This document shows, in pieces, positions 46,303 to 56,183 of a stretch of DNA of 64,000 nt. Numbering within the stretch: the stretch's first letter is position 1; each line of letters starts with the position of its first letter. The DNA lies in contig KV454013.1 of NCBI GenBank assembly GCA_001661245.1, positions 439,981 to 503,980 of the forward strand. Direction: 5' to 3'. Under the pieces are notes generated by a model that saw nothing but the letters and a program-made list of their open reading frames with translations, was not told the origin of the DNA and did not search any database. The stretch comes from Pachysolen tannophilus NRRL Y-2460 (Eukaryota). The position numbers were made by a program, and so were the translations under genes.

Positions 46303-46422
46303 ATCAAATAATCAAAATGCAGACGCTGAAGCTAAGTAGTAAAGTGTATAAATATAAGATGAAGTTCTTTTTTGCTTTTTTTATTGTTAAGTTTTAAGTA
46401 GGAGTGATTTTAATAATTGAAA

Positions 46423-47802
46423 ATGACTAAGGAAAATGCTGATTACTTATTGTCGATCAAGTCAGTAAGGGAAACAAATTTATCTACCAGAGATTTACTT
46501 TTAACAAATAAACTAAGCAATTTTGATGTAGATTTATCAAAATTACCAAATATTATCAAGTTTGTCTGTGAGACAATTAGATCATCATTTCCTACTGAAG
46601 ACTCGTTTCAGAAAATACCAGTTCATGGTAGATATCAGCATTTTGAGGTTGGTGGTAAGACGAGACTTACAAATTTGATTGAGCATTGGAAAGAAGTTTT
46701 AGGATTATCTGATTATGAAATTTGTAAGAAAATCATTGATTTATTCGTAATTAGTGTATTATTAGACGCAGGTGCTGGAAATGATTGGTCTTATAAAGAA
46801 GATGATGGTACTGTATCAAACAGATCTGAAGGTATTGCCATTGCTACTTTCCACATGTTTTCAAGAGGTGTCTTTAGTGATTCTAGCGATTCTAGTGATC
46901 CTTATCAGGTCAATGGATCAAAATTAGCTCTGTTCAGCACTGAATCACTTACTATGGGATTTCAAATCTCTGAAAGTAATCCAATTGCTGGTTTTGAAGG
47001 CAGATTAAATTTACTTCAAAAATTAGGTAAAACTTTAAGTTCAAATAAAGAAATGTTTGGAATTGACGGTAGACCAGGTAATTTAATAGATTACTTGATG
47101 AAATTACCAACTACTACAAAACTCAATGATGACCAATATGAAATTGATCTTGTTGATTTATGGACAGCTTTAATGAATGGTTTAAATCCAATTTGGCCCG
47201 ATGATGATAGATTAAAGTTTGAAGGAAAGTCATTGGGTGACACATGGATTCTTCAATCTAAAATTAACGAATCTTTACAGAAATATCCAGAATATAAAAC
47301 AGCTGAAGAACTACCAATAAATTTGAAAGTAGTAACTTTCCACAAACTAACTCAGTGGTTGACCTATTCTCTTTTTTTACCATTATCAAAATTTGGTCAT
47401 TTCAAGATTAAAAATGAAGAATACATGACTGGACTACCAGAATATAGAAATGGTGGATTATTTGTGGACTTTGGATTATTGACATTGAAATCTGATGTCT
47501 TGAAAAGAGGCATTCAATTTCAACAAGAAATTAATGGGAATGACAAAGAACATTATCTTCCAGCCTATTTGCCTAAGGACGATGTCATTGTTGAATGGAG
47601 ATCGTGTACTATTGTCTTGTTAGATTATATCTTACCATTAGTCAACAAAGAATTGCAAATAAAAAACCCCAATAATAGATTAAGTTTGCCACAATTGATA
47701 GAAGCTGGAAGCTGGAAATCTGGTAGGTTGATTGCTGCAAAATTAAGACCAACAACTAAAGGTGCTCCAATTGAATTAATAAGTGATGGAACTGTATTCT
47801 AA
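46423..47802 (+). CDS. URC4: Uracil catabolism protein 4 (DUF1688 family)
   Basis: IPVHGRYQHF, DLFVISVLLDAGAG, RSEGIA, FHKLTQWLTYSL, TGLPEYRNGGL, IVEWR, EAGSWKSGR, SDGTVF C-terminus. First ATG at 46423. Confidence 0.88.
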   Translation: MTKENADYLLSIKSVRETNLSTRDLLLTNKLSNFDVDLSKLPNIIKFVCETIRSSFPTEDSFQKIPVHGRYQHFEVGGKTRLTNLIEHWKEVLGLSDYEICKKIIDLFVISVLLDAGAGNDWSYKEDDGTVSNRSEGIAIATFHMFSRGVFSDSSDSSDPYQVNGSKLALFSTESLTMGFQISESNPIAGFEGRLNLLQKLGKTLSSNKEMFGIDGRPGNLIDYLMKLPTTTKLNDDQYEIDLVDLWTALMNGLNPIWPDDDRLKFEGKSLGDTWILQSKINESLQKYPEYKTAEELPINLKVVTFHKLTQWLTYSLFLPLSKFGHFKIKNEEYMTGLPEYRNGGLFVDFGLLTLKSDVLKRGIQFQQEINGNDKEHYLPAYLPKDDVIVEWRSCTIVLLDYILPLVNKELQIKNPNNRLSLPQLIEAGSWKSGRLIAAKLRPTTKGAPIELISDGTVF

Positions 47803-48032
47803 AAATTAAAACTTACTGATTTTAGAAATTAATAATATAATACATAAATGTTATTTGATTCTCTTCTACAAAATTTTATTCAGTTTATACTACTATACAC
47901 AAAACCACCTAACAGACTGAACAAAAGCGTAAAAGTAAAACAAAAAATAAAAAAATTAATAAAAAAAAAAAAAAAATAATTAATAGAATTTTAGAAAAAG
48001 AAATAAAAAATATGCTCATTGACTTAATTTTA

Positions 48033-50102
48033 CTATTCCTCTTCCGAACTTTCATCTGTGCTCTCATTATCATCACTCGAAGATTCATCTACGTTTGTAT
48101 TAACATCGACAACACCTTGCCCATTATTATCAAACTGCTGTAACTTCTTTCTAATAGTTTCAATCTGCCTGTTCTGTTCATCTTCACTCAATAATTTCTT
48201 CTCCTTTCTAAGTTTTGTAATACCTGTTGATGGTCTACCTGGACCTGATCTTTTCTCCTTCTTAAAGACTATATTGTAAATTCTGGCAATTGTGTCATTA
48301 TCCAAGACGTCGATATCCAATTCAATTTCATCTTCATTATTCTTTGATAAATCTGGTAAGTTATCTCTTATAATTTTAATAATTGTATTCAATTGTTGTT
48401 GAGGTATTCTTCCACTATTGATTAATTCAGAAAGTTCTTGCTTCATTGCGTAAGTAACATGTTCCGCATTAATGACTCCATTAGAACCTGACAGAGTGGA
48501 TTTCCGCTTCTTCTTGGCACTTCCACTACCATTGGCACCACGTTTAGTCTTCTTTCTCTTCTTTAAAGTTTCTCTTTTCACTTCTTCGTACAAATCACTT
48601 TTCATTTTTTCTAAATCTTTCTTCATTCTTTCTATTTGTTGCTCCAAATAGTCAATAGCAGGATTTGTTAATAATGATGAATCTATTGTTAATTCTTCAG
48701 GTTCTTCTTCAGATTCTGACTCGGATTCGGATTGCGGTGGTGGAGACAGAGGAGTAATAGGTTTATCCAAGAATTTCTTGCTAAATATATCTTCCATTCT
48801 ATGTCCCATCATATTAACAGCAGATCCTTCTGGATTAAATTTGTAACAATTGGAGAAAACCAACCTAACATCTTTTTCAAATTCATCTGCATTTTCATAT
48901 TCATTATTTGATAATTTTTTCTGAACAGTACCTAAATCCATTGGATGTTTAACAATATCAAAGTATGTCGGACAATCCAATGCTACTGGATCCACTGGTT
49001 CCATGAATGGGAAAGAAAATGATTCATATTTCTTTGATTGTAATTCTTTTAAAACTTGTTGACAAAATCTCAATTCTGGAATAAATCTCTTCTTTCTTGG
49101 TTTAACTTCATACATTATATCTTTTGATTTTGGAGGATGAATTTCTCTTTTTGGTCTTCCATCCACTGCACTTTCTCTTCTAATCTTTGGAATTCCAGAC
49201 AGAACCAATTCTTCTGGTTGCTTTCTTCTTCCCTTTAAGCCTGTTCCATTTTGTGGTGCATCTTTTGGTGGCATATTGAGCATATGTTTTTCAAAACTTG
49301 CTTGAATATTTCTTGCCATCTGAGCAATTCCTGAATCTTTACCGTTAAATCTCTCACAATTAGAAACCATCAAATTGAAATCATCAATAACTTGTTGAGG
49401 GGTCTCATACGCATTTACCGTTATTTTTCTTTCAATTGTAGAAAGATCCATTGGTCTCTTAATGAAATTATAGTACAACGGGATATTGAATTTAATAGTA
49501 TCAACTGGATTTAAAAAAGGTGCAGCATCTTTCAAACGCTTCACAGCCTTAATCGTTGTCAATGCATGTTTTGATTGATGCTTTGGCATCGGATTTGCAG
49601 GCAAATTGTTCATATCTGGTTCCGGAGAAGGCTTTGGAGCAGGTTCCATTGTTGGATTCAACCGTTGCATTTCAGCCATGGATGAAGGTTCTTCTAAAGT
49701 ACCATCTTCAGACTTTACCTCCCCATTCACCTTTGGTTCCAGATCCAACTTTAACGATGGATCTATTATTTGTTCATTACTGCCGCTATTACTATTACTA
49801 TTACCATTACTATTATTATCATCATTATTATTGTTATTATTGTTATTATTATTGTTATTATTATTATTGTCGTCGTTGTTATTAGTTATCAGTTCTGAGT
49901 GTGCTGTTGATGTTGCCATTACCGGAACTTGAGCTTGGCTATCCGTTGGCGCAACAACCTCTTCCGGTTTTGGTGTAGGCAATGACTGCTCGGATATACT
50001 TTGATTATCCTCCTCCTTTGGTTTCTGTTCCTGTTGCAGCTTTATAGCTTCACCATTACTAACATTTGCAATATTATTCGATGTTTCCTCTGCTGTGGAC
50101 AT
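48033..50102 (-). CDS. BDF1: BET-family double bromodomain factor
   Basis: BD1 (PFLNPVD..YYNFIKRPMDLSTI..FNG), RPKREIHPPK, BD2 (PFMEPVDP..PMDLGT..FNP), ET domain (EIELDIDVL), SEED tail. Confidence 0.93.
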   Translation of the reverse strand: MSTAEETSNNIANVSNGEAIKLQQEQKPKEEDNQSISEQSLPTPKPEEVVAPTDSQAQVPVMATSTAHSELITNNNDDNNNNNNNNNNNNNNNDDNNSNGNSNSNSGSNEQIIDPSLKLDLEPKVNGEVKSEDGTLEEPSSMAEMQRLNPTMEPAPKPSPEPDMNNLPANPMPKHQSKHALTTIKAVKRLKDAAPFLNPVDTIKFNIPLYYNFIKRPMDLSTIERKITVNAYETPQQVIDDFNLMVSNCERFNGKDSGIAQMARNIQASFEKHMLNMPPKDAPQNGTGLKGRRKQPEELVLSGIPKIRRESAVDGRPKREIHPPKSKDIMYEVKPRKKRFIPELRFCQQVLKELQSKKYESFSFPFMEPVDPVALDCPTYFDIVKHPMDLGTVQKKLSNNEYENADEFEKDVRLVFSNCYKFNPEGSAVNMMGHRMEDIFSKKFLDKPITPLSPPPQSESESESEEEPEELTIDSSLLTNPAIDYLEQQIERMKKDLEKMKSDLYEEVKRETLKKRKKTKRGANGSGSAKKKRKSTLSGSNGVINAEHVTYAMKQELSELINSGRIPQQQLNTIIKIIRDNLPDLSKNNEDEIELDIDVLDNDTIARIYNIVFKKEKRSGPGRPSTGITKLRKEKKLLSEDEQNRQIETIRKKLQQFDNNGQGVVDVNTNVDESSSDDNESTDESSEEE
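49787..49884 (-). repeat. Coding AAT/AAC trinucleotide repeat (poly-Asn) in BDF1
   Basis: (TTA/TTG)n on the plus strand encoding NNNDDNNNN...NSNGNSNS. Confidence 0.85.
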
Positions 50103-50814
50103 ATTCTTTCAAAAATTTTCCTTTTATAAAAATGAAAATATATTTAATTATAATTATAAACCGACGATTACGTAATAAACACAGGGGCTATTTTTCACTT
50201 CAGTTTAATTTATCTAATCAAAAATAAAAACAATAGGGCTGTCGCTTAAAACCCAGTGGTTATGAACCCTTTCTGTAATCTTTATTATATTGGATTATGT
50301 AAGAAAAAAATATTTCCTTTTTTTTTTTTTTTTTTTTTTTTCACGTTCCTTCCAAACTAGAATGAATCTGGGAATTCTGTTCCTTATATATAAAGTGCAT
50401 ATTGATTAGAACAATTTTTTTAAAGTTACAAATACATGACTAGATTTACGCCCACTTGATAAAAAAATAAAAGTAAAAAAAGTAGTGTTACATCAATTAA
50501 AGAAAATTAAAAAATAAAAAATTTTTTCACCACCAAGAGAATAGTAGTGAGTTAGTAAATGAATGCGTTATTGCGAGGAGGAGATAGATAAGACTTGATA
50601 ATTAAGAAGAAGGATGATTTATCCGAATATAAACATATCTGATACTCTTTGAGTGTTCTTTTTCTTTTTTTTTTGATTTTTATTTTTTTTTACTTTTTTA
50701 TTGTATAATGTAGATTAAACGAAATATAGAGAAAATTAAGAATAAAATAAACCCGAAAAAAACAGGAGCAAGGGAGATAATGAATGAATATAAGAATATA
50801 TCAAAAAAAAAAAT

Positions 50815-51045
50815 GGGAAGTCGGGCTCTTTCTTAACTACCGCAAAGAGAGGGTAACTGCGTGATGGCAAATACGCACTATTCTGTAGCATCAACCTGCA
50901 TATTTGCCACCGTGTTCACAAAGTAAAACAAAAAAAAATATCAGATTTCCTATTCCGGATACGCCGTTTGAGCTTGCTATTAATACTCATACGCTTTAGC
51001 CGTATCAGGAAGTTGTCGGTATGATAAACCTGTTGAAAATCACTT
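50815..51045. ncRNA. Candidate structured non-coding RNA (family unassigned)
   Basis: GC-richer island bounded by poly-A/poly-T with long imperfect inverted repeats: TGGCAAATACGCA/TGCATATTTGCCA and TTCCGGATACG..CGTTTGAG/CTCATACG..CGTATCAGGAA. Confidence 0.4.
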
Positions 51046-52038
51046 TTTTTTAGGTAATTTCCCATTTTAAACAAAACAAAAGTACTACAAAATACTACAA
51101 CATGTATTTTTTTTTACATGGGAGAGAAAGGGGGGAGGCAGGATAATAAGAAATGGGTATATAGTCAAGTCAAACTCATTTTGAAATCTCTTTTTTTTTT
51201 TTTTTGTTCTAAATTCTTTATGAAAATGATTTTTAAGTTGGACTAAAGTTAACTTTTGTTCATTGAATGCATTGAAATTTCTGAAATTTTAATGACGGTT
51301 GAAGATGATGGATGATTGATAATCTTGTAAAATATAAGCCAAGAAAGAAATATTATGAATGAGAATGAGTATTGTGCGCACTGTAACAGCGCTTAATGAA
51401 TTAATCGTTTGTAATGATGACCTTATTGATTGAATATCACTAAACACTTGATATTATCTAGTATCTAGTATTCTTGTTCTTTTACTTTACTTATTGATTG
51501 GATTGATCTTGTAGAAAATCGATATGAATGATTGAATCCTTTTTTTTTTTTTTTCTTTATTCAAGGGAAACATTACTTATTTATATAGTAGTATCGTTCA
51601 ACCATTAGCTGATCACACTCATTGACAAATCTTCCATCCTATGATAATTTCTATTGAACTGAACTTGACTGTAATTTGATCTATTAATATTTTTTTGAAT
51701 ATTAAAGGAAGAAATTCCAAGAAATTAAATATGAAAGCGCGCTTCTTACAGAAAAACACTAAAAAAAAAAAAAAAAAAAAAATCAAAAAACAACCAAAAA
51801 AAGAAGAAGAAAAAAAAAAATCAAAGAAAAAATATCGCTATACAATATAGTAATCATTCAATATTTATTATTAATATTTAATATTACCAATAGAAAGTGG
51901 GAAAGGTTTATAAGATTTAATTGTTCCTTTTTCAAAGTGTCATCATTGAATTAGCATTTATTCATCTTGTATATTTTTTTTTTTTTTTTTTTTTTTATTT
52001 TTTCTTTTTGGTTATTTTTTGATTTTTAATTTAAAAAA

Positions 52039-53670
52039 ATGTCTTCGATCCAGTTATTAAACCCTAAAGCTGAATCATTAAGGCGTCAACAAGCTTTAGA
52101 AGTCAACGTTGCTTCTGCTCAAGGTTTGCAAAGTGTTTTAGCTTCAAATTTGGGTCCTAAAGGTACGCTTAAGATGCTTGTTGATGGTTCGGGTAATATT
52201 AAATTGACAAAAGATGGTAAGGTGTTGTTGTCCGAAATGCAAATTCAAAGTCCAACCGCGGTTATGATTGCAAGAGCTGCTACAGCACAGGATGAAATTA
52301 CTGGTGATGGAACTACTACAGTATGTTTATTGGTTGGTGAATTGTTGAAACAGGCCAAAAGGTTTATTGATGAAGGAGTTCATGCAAGAGTTATTGTAGA
52401 TGGTTTTGAAATTGGAAGAGAAGAAACTTTGAAATATTTAAATGAATTTGTTGTTAGACCAGAAACCATAGATAGAGAGTTATTGTTACAAGTTGCTAGA
52501 ACTTCATTATCCACAAAAGTTAATAAAGAATTGGCTGAAGTATTAACTCCAATTGTTACTGATGCTGTTTTACAAGTTAAAAATAAAGAAACAAATGAAT
52601 TAGATTTACATATGATTGAAATTATGTCAATGATGCATGAAACCCCAAAGGATACCCAATTAATTAAAGGTTTGGTGTTGGATCATGGTGCAAGACATCC
52701 AGATATGCCAAAACAAGTTAAGAACGCTTATGTCTTAATCTTGAACGTTTCATTAGAATACGAAAAAACTGAAGTAAATTCTGGTTTCTATTATTCTAGT
52801 GCAGAACAAAGAGAAAAATTAGTTGCTTCTGAAAGAAAATTTGTTGATGATAAATTAAAGAAAATAGTTGATTTAAAAAATGAAATTTGTGGATCTGATC
52901 CTTCAAAAGGTTTTGTTATAATAAATCAAAAAGGTATTGATCCAATGTCATTAGATGTATTACTGAAAAATAATATTTTGGCTTTAAGAAGAGCAAAAAG
53001 ACGTAATATGGAAAGATTACAATTAGTATGTGGTGGAGAAGCTCAAAATTCTGTTGATGATTTATCACCATCTATATTAGGATTTTCAGGTTTAGTTTAT
53101 GAATATACAATTGGAGAAGAAAAATTTACTTTTGTTACTGAAAATAATAATCCAAAATCTTGTACTATTTTAATTAAAGGTGCTACAAATCACGTTGTTC
53201 AACAAACCAAAGATGCTGTTAGAGATGGTTTAAGAGCTGTAGCAAATGTATTAAAGGATAAGACTTTAATTCCAGGTGCTGGAGCATTCTTTTTAAGTTG
53301 TTCTCATTATTTGAATCAAAACGTTTCTAAATTGGCAAAAGGACGTGCCAAATCTGGTTTAAAAGCTTTTAGTGAAGCATTATTAGTTGTCCCCAAGACA
53401 TTAACTTCTAACGCAGGATTTGATCAATTGGAAACTATTGCAAATTGTCAAGATGATATAGAAGATGGAAGAGTTGTAGGTATCGATTTAATATCAGGTG
53501 AACCAATGGATCCAACTGTTGAAGGTGTTTGGGACTCGTTTAGAGTTTTAAGAAATGCCATTGCTGCTGCCACCGGAATATCTTCAAATTTGTTATTATG
53601 TGATGAATTATTAAAAGCTGGAAGAAGTAGCTTAAAAGAAGGTGGTGCTGGCGGTGCCGGTGGTCAGTAA
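52039..53670 (+). CDS. CCT6: Chaperonin CCT/TRiC zeta subunit
   Basis: [58 protein letters not shown]. Confidence 0.97.
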   Translation: MSSIQLLNPKAESLRRQQALEVNVASAQGLQSVLASNLGPKGTLKMLVDGSGNIKLTKDGKVLLSEMQIQSPTAVMIARAATAQDEITGDGTTTVCLLVGELLKQAKRFIDEGVHARVIVDGFEIGREETLKYLNEFVVRPETIDRELLLQVARTSLSTKVNKELAEVLTPIVTDAVLQVKNKETNELDLHMIEIMSMMHETPKDTQLIKGLVLDHGARHPDMPKQVKNAYVLILNVSLEYEKTEVNSGFYYSSAEQREKLVASERKFVDDKLKKIVDLKNEICGSDPSKGFVIINQKGIDPMSLDVLLKNNILALRRAKRRNMERLQLVCGGEAQNSVDDLSPSILGFSGLVYEYTIGEEKFTFVTENNNPKSCTILIKGATNHVVQQTKDAVRDGLRAVANVLKDKTLIPGAGAFFLSCSHYLNQNVSKLAKGRAKSGLKAFSEALLVVPKTLTSNAGFDQLETIANCQDDIEDGRVVGIDLISGEPMDPTVEGVWDSFRVLRNAIAAATGISSNLLLCDELLKAGRSSLKEGGAGGAGGQ

Positions 53671-54181
53671 ATTAATATATGTATATATATATATATATAT
53701 ATATTCATCCATATATAATTTCCTGATTCGTCTTTTCTATCGTACAATACAATAATAATACATTATTCTATATATATATATATATATATTTATGTAATAT
53801 ATGTATGTATCAAACCCAAAACTCAAAACACAATTCCTGTTAGATACTTGCTTTCTGGGTTAAAAAAAAAACGCTCACTTATGTCTTTCTTGTCTTTACT
53901 GTCTTTACTGGTTTTCTTCTCTTTTTATGCTTAATTAAAAGCCATCTTGCTGCTGTTGTACGTAATATCTGCAGCCGCATTAACATAATAAGGAAAGCAA
54001 AAAATTGGAAAGCTTTTCTCTATGAAGAAATATAAAAGTTTATAGTTTTATAAATATATATAAATATATATATATATATATATGAATTGAATTTTTAATG
54101 AAATAATAGTTGGAAAGGTTGCAGGGCTGAATTGTATTTGTGAATTGAATTTGTGAATTGAATTCAAATAGAGCTATTATA

Positions 54182-55798
54182 ATGTCATTGAGTGGGATTT
54201 CCAATGAAAATTATGATGATTCAACTATCGATGGTAATGGCAAAGGGTCTAGTACCATTGTTTATGAAGAAAGTTCATCTTCCACTACATTGAATAAAGC
54301 TGGTAGTGATGACATTGAAGAAGAAATTCGTGAGACTTCACCTTCTTCTACTACAAAGCAAGAGGCTGTTGTTAAAGTCAAATACTTGGATCATGATGTT
54401 TATCTTGATACTTTAAATTTCCGTGAGTCAAACAGACTTAAGGTTCAGATCTTGGTTGTTTTTTCCTTTTTTTTCTATAATGGATTAATTGATCAAACTA
54501 TTGGAACTCTTGTTCCTAGTTTCTTACAATATTATGAAGGTTTAAATAACTCATCTGTTTCTTATTTGTTTCTTTCGCCGCTCTTGGGTTACATCACTAC
54601 ATCGTTATTAAATGACTATATGCATAAATTGGTTGGATTTCAAGGTACGTTAAGAATTTCTGCCTTATCCAGTATATTATGTTTTGCCTTAGTTTCTTGT
54701 AAGCCGCCCTTTTATGGTTTGGTAGTTGCTTATGTCTTTTGTGGTATAGGTAATGGTACACAAGGTTCTGCAGTTAACACTTGGGTAGGTAAATTAAAAT
54801 ACCATAACGAAATAATGGGCGTTTTACATTCTTGTTATGGGATTGGATGTATGTTATCTCCACTTATTATTACTAAATTAGTAGATAATGGTATTAGTTG
54901 GAATGTTTGGTATATGGTTTTAACCTTTTTAGGTGTAGCTTTATTAGCATCTACGTTTACTGCTTTTGAGTATGAAACAAGTTGGAAATATTTATTTTTG
55001 GTTAGGCAATCTGAAACCAAGCTATCCAATGGTCGTGAAAGCAGTACTTATGAGTACGATGATGATTATGATGACGATTATGATAACGAGGAGGATTGTG
55101 GGAATGACGATGGTGATGAAGATGCAGAAGGCACAAGCTTATCTAAATCGAGTTTCCGCACAATTATTAAAAATAAGGATGTTTTATTTTTCAGCACTAC
55201 AATTTTTTTCTATGTTGGAGGTGAGGTTGCTTTTGGTAATTGGTTATACAATTACTTATTAAAAGTTGAAGACACTACGGGTGTTAAAGCTTCATATATT
55301 ACTTCAAGCTATTGGTTTGCACTTACTCTTGGAAGATTTCTCTTGGGCCTAGTTATTGGGAAATGGTTTGAAAATAACGAGTACACGGTTGCAATGTTCC
55401 TCTGCGCCTTAATTGCAGCCTCTGCATTTTTGTTTGCCTTTGTAGATACGTTGGCCTTCAAAATCTTAACAATTGCACTATTAGGGTTTTTCGTTGGCCC
55501 AATGTATCCAACCTCAGTTATCGTGGCCATGAAGACAATACCTTCAAGTGTAATTGTACTTGCCATTGGCTTTATTGTTGGAACCTCAAGCACAGGTGCT
55601 TCTGTGCTCCCGTACTCTATTGGCTGGTTAAGTGAAATGAAAAGTATTAATAAAAATGGTAAAGGTTTAAAAGTATTTCCTTGGTTTACTTTTGCAATTT
55701 ACACAATCAGTTTGTGTATGTGGATTTTTTTCTATATCAAACAATCAAGAAAAAAATTTAAACTTGCTGCTGGAGATGTGGCCTACGAAATGATGTAA
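54182..55798 (+). CDS. Major facilitator superfamily transporter (Bsc6-like)
   Basis: About 12 hydrophobic helices; GLIDQTIGTLVP, MGVLHSCYGIG..SP, FYVGGEVAFGNW, YWFALTLGR, GFFVGPMYP. First ATG at 54182. Confidence 0.8.
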   Translation: MSLSGISNENYDDSTIDGNGKGSSTIVYEESSSSTTLNKAGSDDIEEEIRETSPSSTTKQEAVVKVKYLDHDVYLDTLNFRESNRLKVQILVVFSFFFYNGLIDQTIGTLVPSFLQYYEGLNNSSVSYLFLSPLLGYITTSLLNDYMHKLVGFQGTLRISALSSILCFALVSCKPPFYGLVVAYVFCGIGNGTQGSAVNTWVGKLKYHNEIMGVLHSCYGIGCMLSPLIITKLVDNGISWNVWYMVLTFLGVALLASTFTAFEYETSWKYLFLVRQSETKLSNGRESSTYEYDDDYDDDYDNEEDCGNDDGDEDAEGTSLSKSSFRTIIKNKDVLFFSTTIFFYVGGEVAFGNWLYNYLLKVEDTTGVKASYITSSYWFALTLGRFLLGLVIGKWFENNEYTVAMFLCALIAASAFLFAFVDTLAFKILTIALLGFFVGPMYPTSVIVAMKTIPSSVIVLAIGFIVGTSSTGASVLPYSIGWLSEMKSINKNGKGLKVFPWFTFAIYTISLCMWIFFYIKQSRKKFKLAAGDVAYEMM

Positions 55799-55838
55799 AC
55801 CACAACAGGTGAAGCCTCTCGCTGTTGTTGTCATCGTC

Positions 55839-55904
55839 GGCCACTCCGGCCACTCCATTTTAGAGCCCACTCTTTTGAGGGCCTACTCCATTTTAGGGGT
55901 TAGG
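55839..55904 (+). repeat. Short degenerate tandem repeat (~16-17-bp unit) upstream of SSY5
   Basis: ggccactcc ggccactccattttag agcccactcttttgag ggcctactccattttag gggttagg. Confidence 0.6.
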
Positions 55905-56183
55905 AAACCACCCTCTTTCATACCAATTTTCCATTAACTCCTTATTATTCGTTCCCCTTATCTTGATATAATTTGCAAAAGGAAAAAAGAAAAAAAAAAA
56001 AAAAAAAACAATTTCCATTTAAGGACAATTTGATTTTTCAGCACGACTGTGCTTAGTTAGTTAGTTTATATATATTTGTGGTATTTGGTTTTTTCTTTTG
56101 ATTTTATGGTTCTGTTCATAATATATATATATATATATTGAGGTAAAAGTGTTGTATTGGCTTTAGTAGAAGTAGCTATAATT

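Noticed and set aside
50855..50915. Similarity of GGCAAATACGCA to U4 snRNA
   Set aside because: Lacks the U4 kink-turn (UGAG...GA) and the U6-pairing 5' end.
9136..53670. PLP2 and CCT6 as a chaperonin gene cluster
   Set aside because: They are 42 kb apart with many unrelated genes between; compatible with chance.
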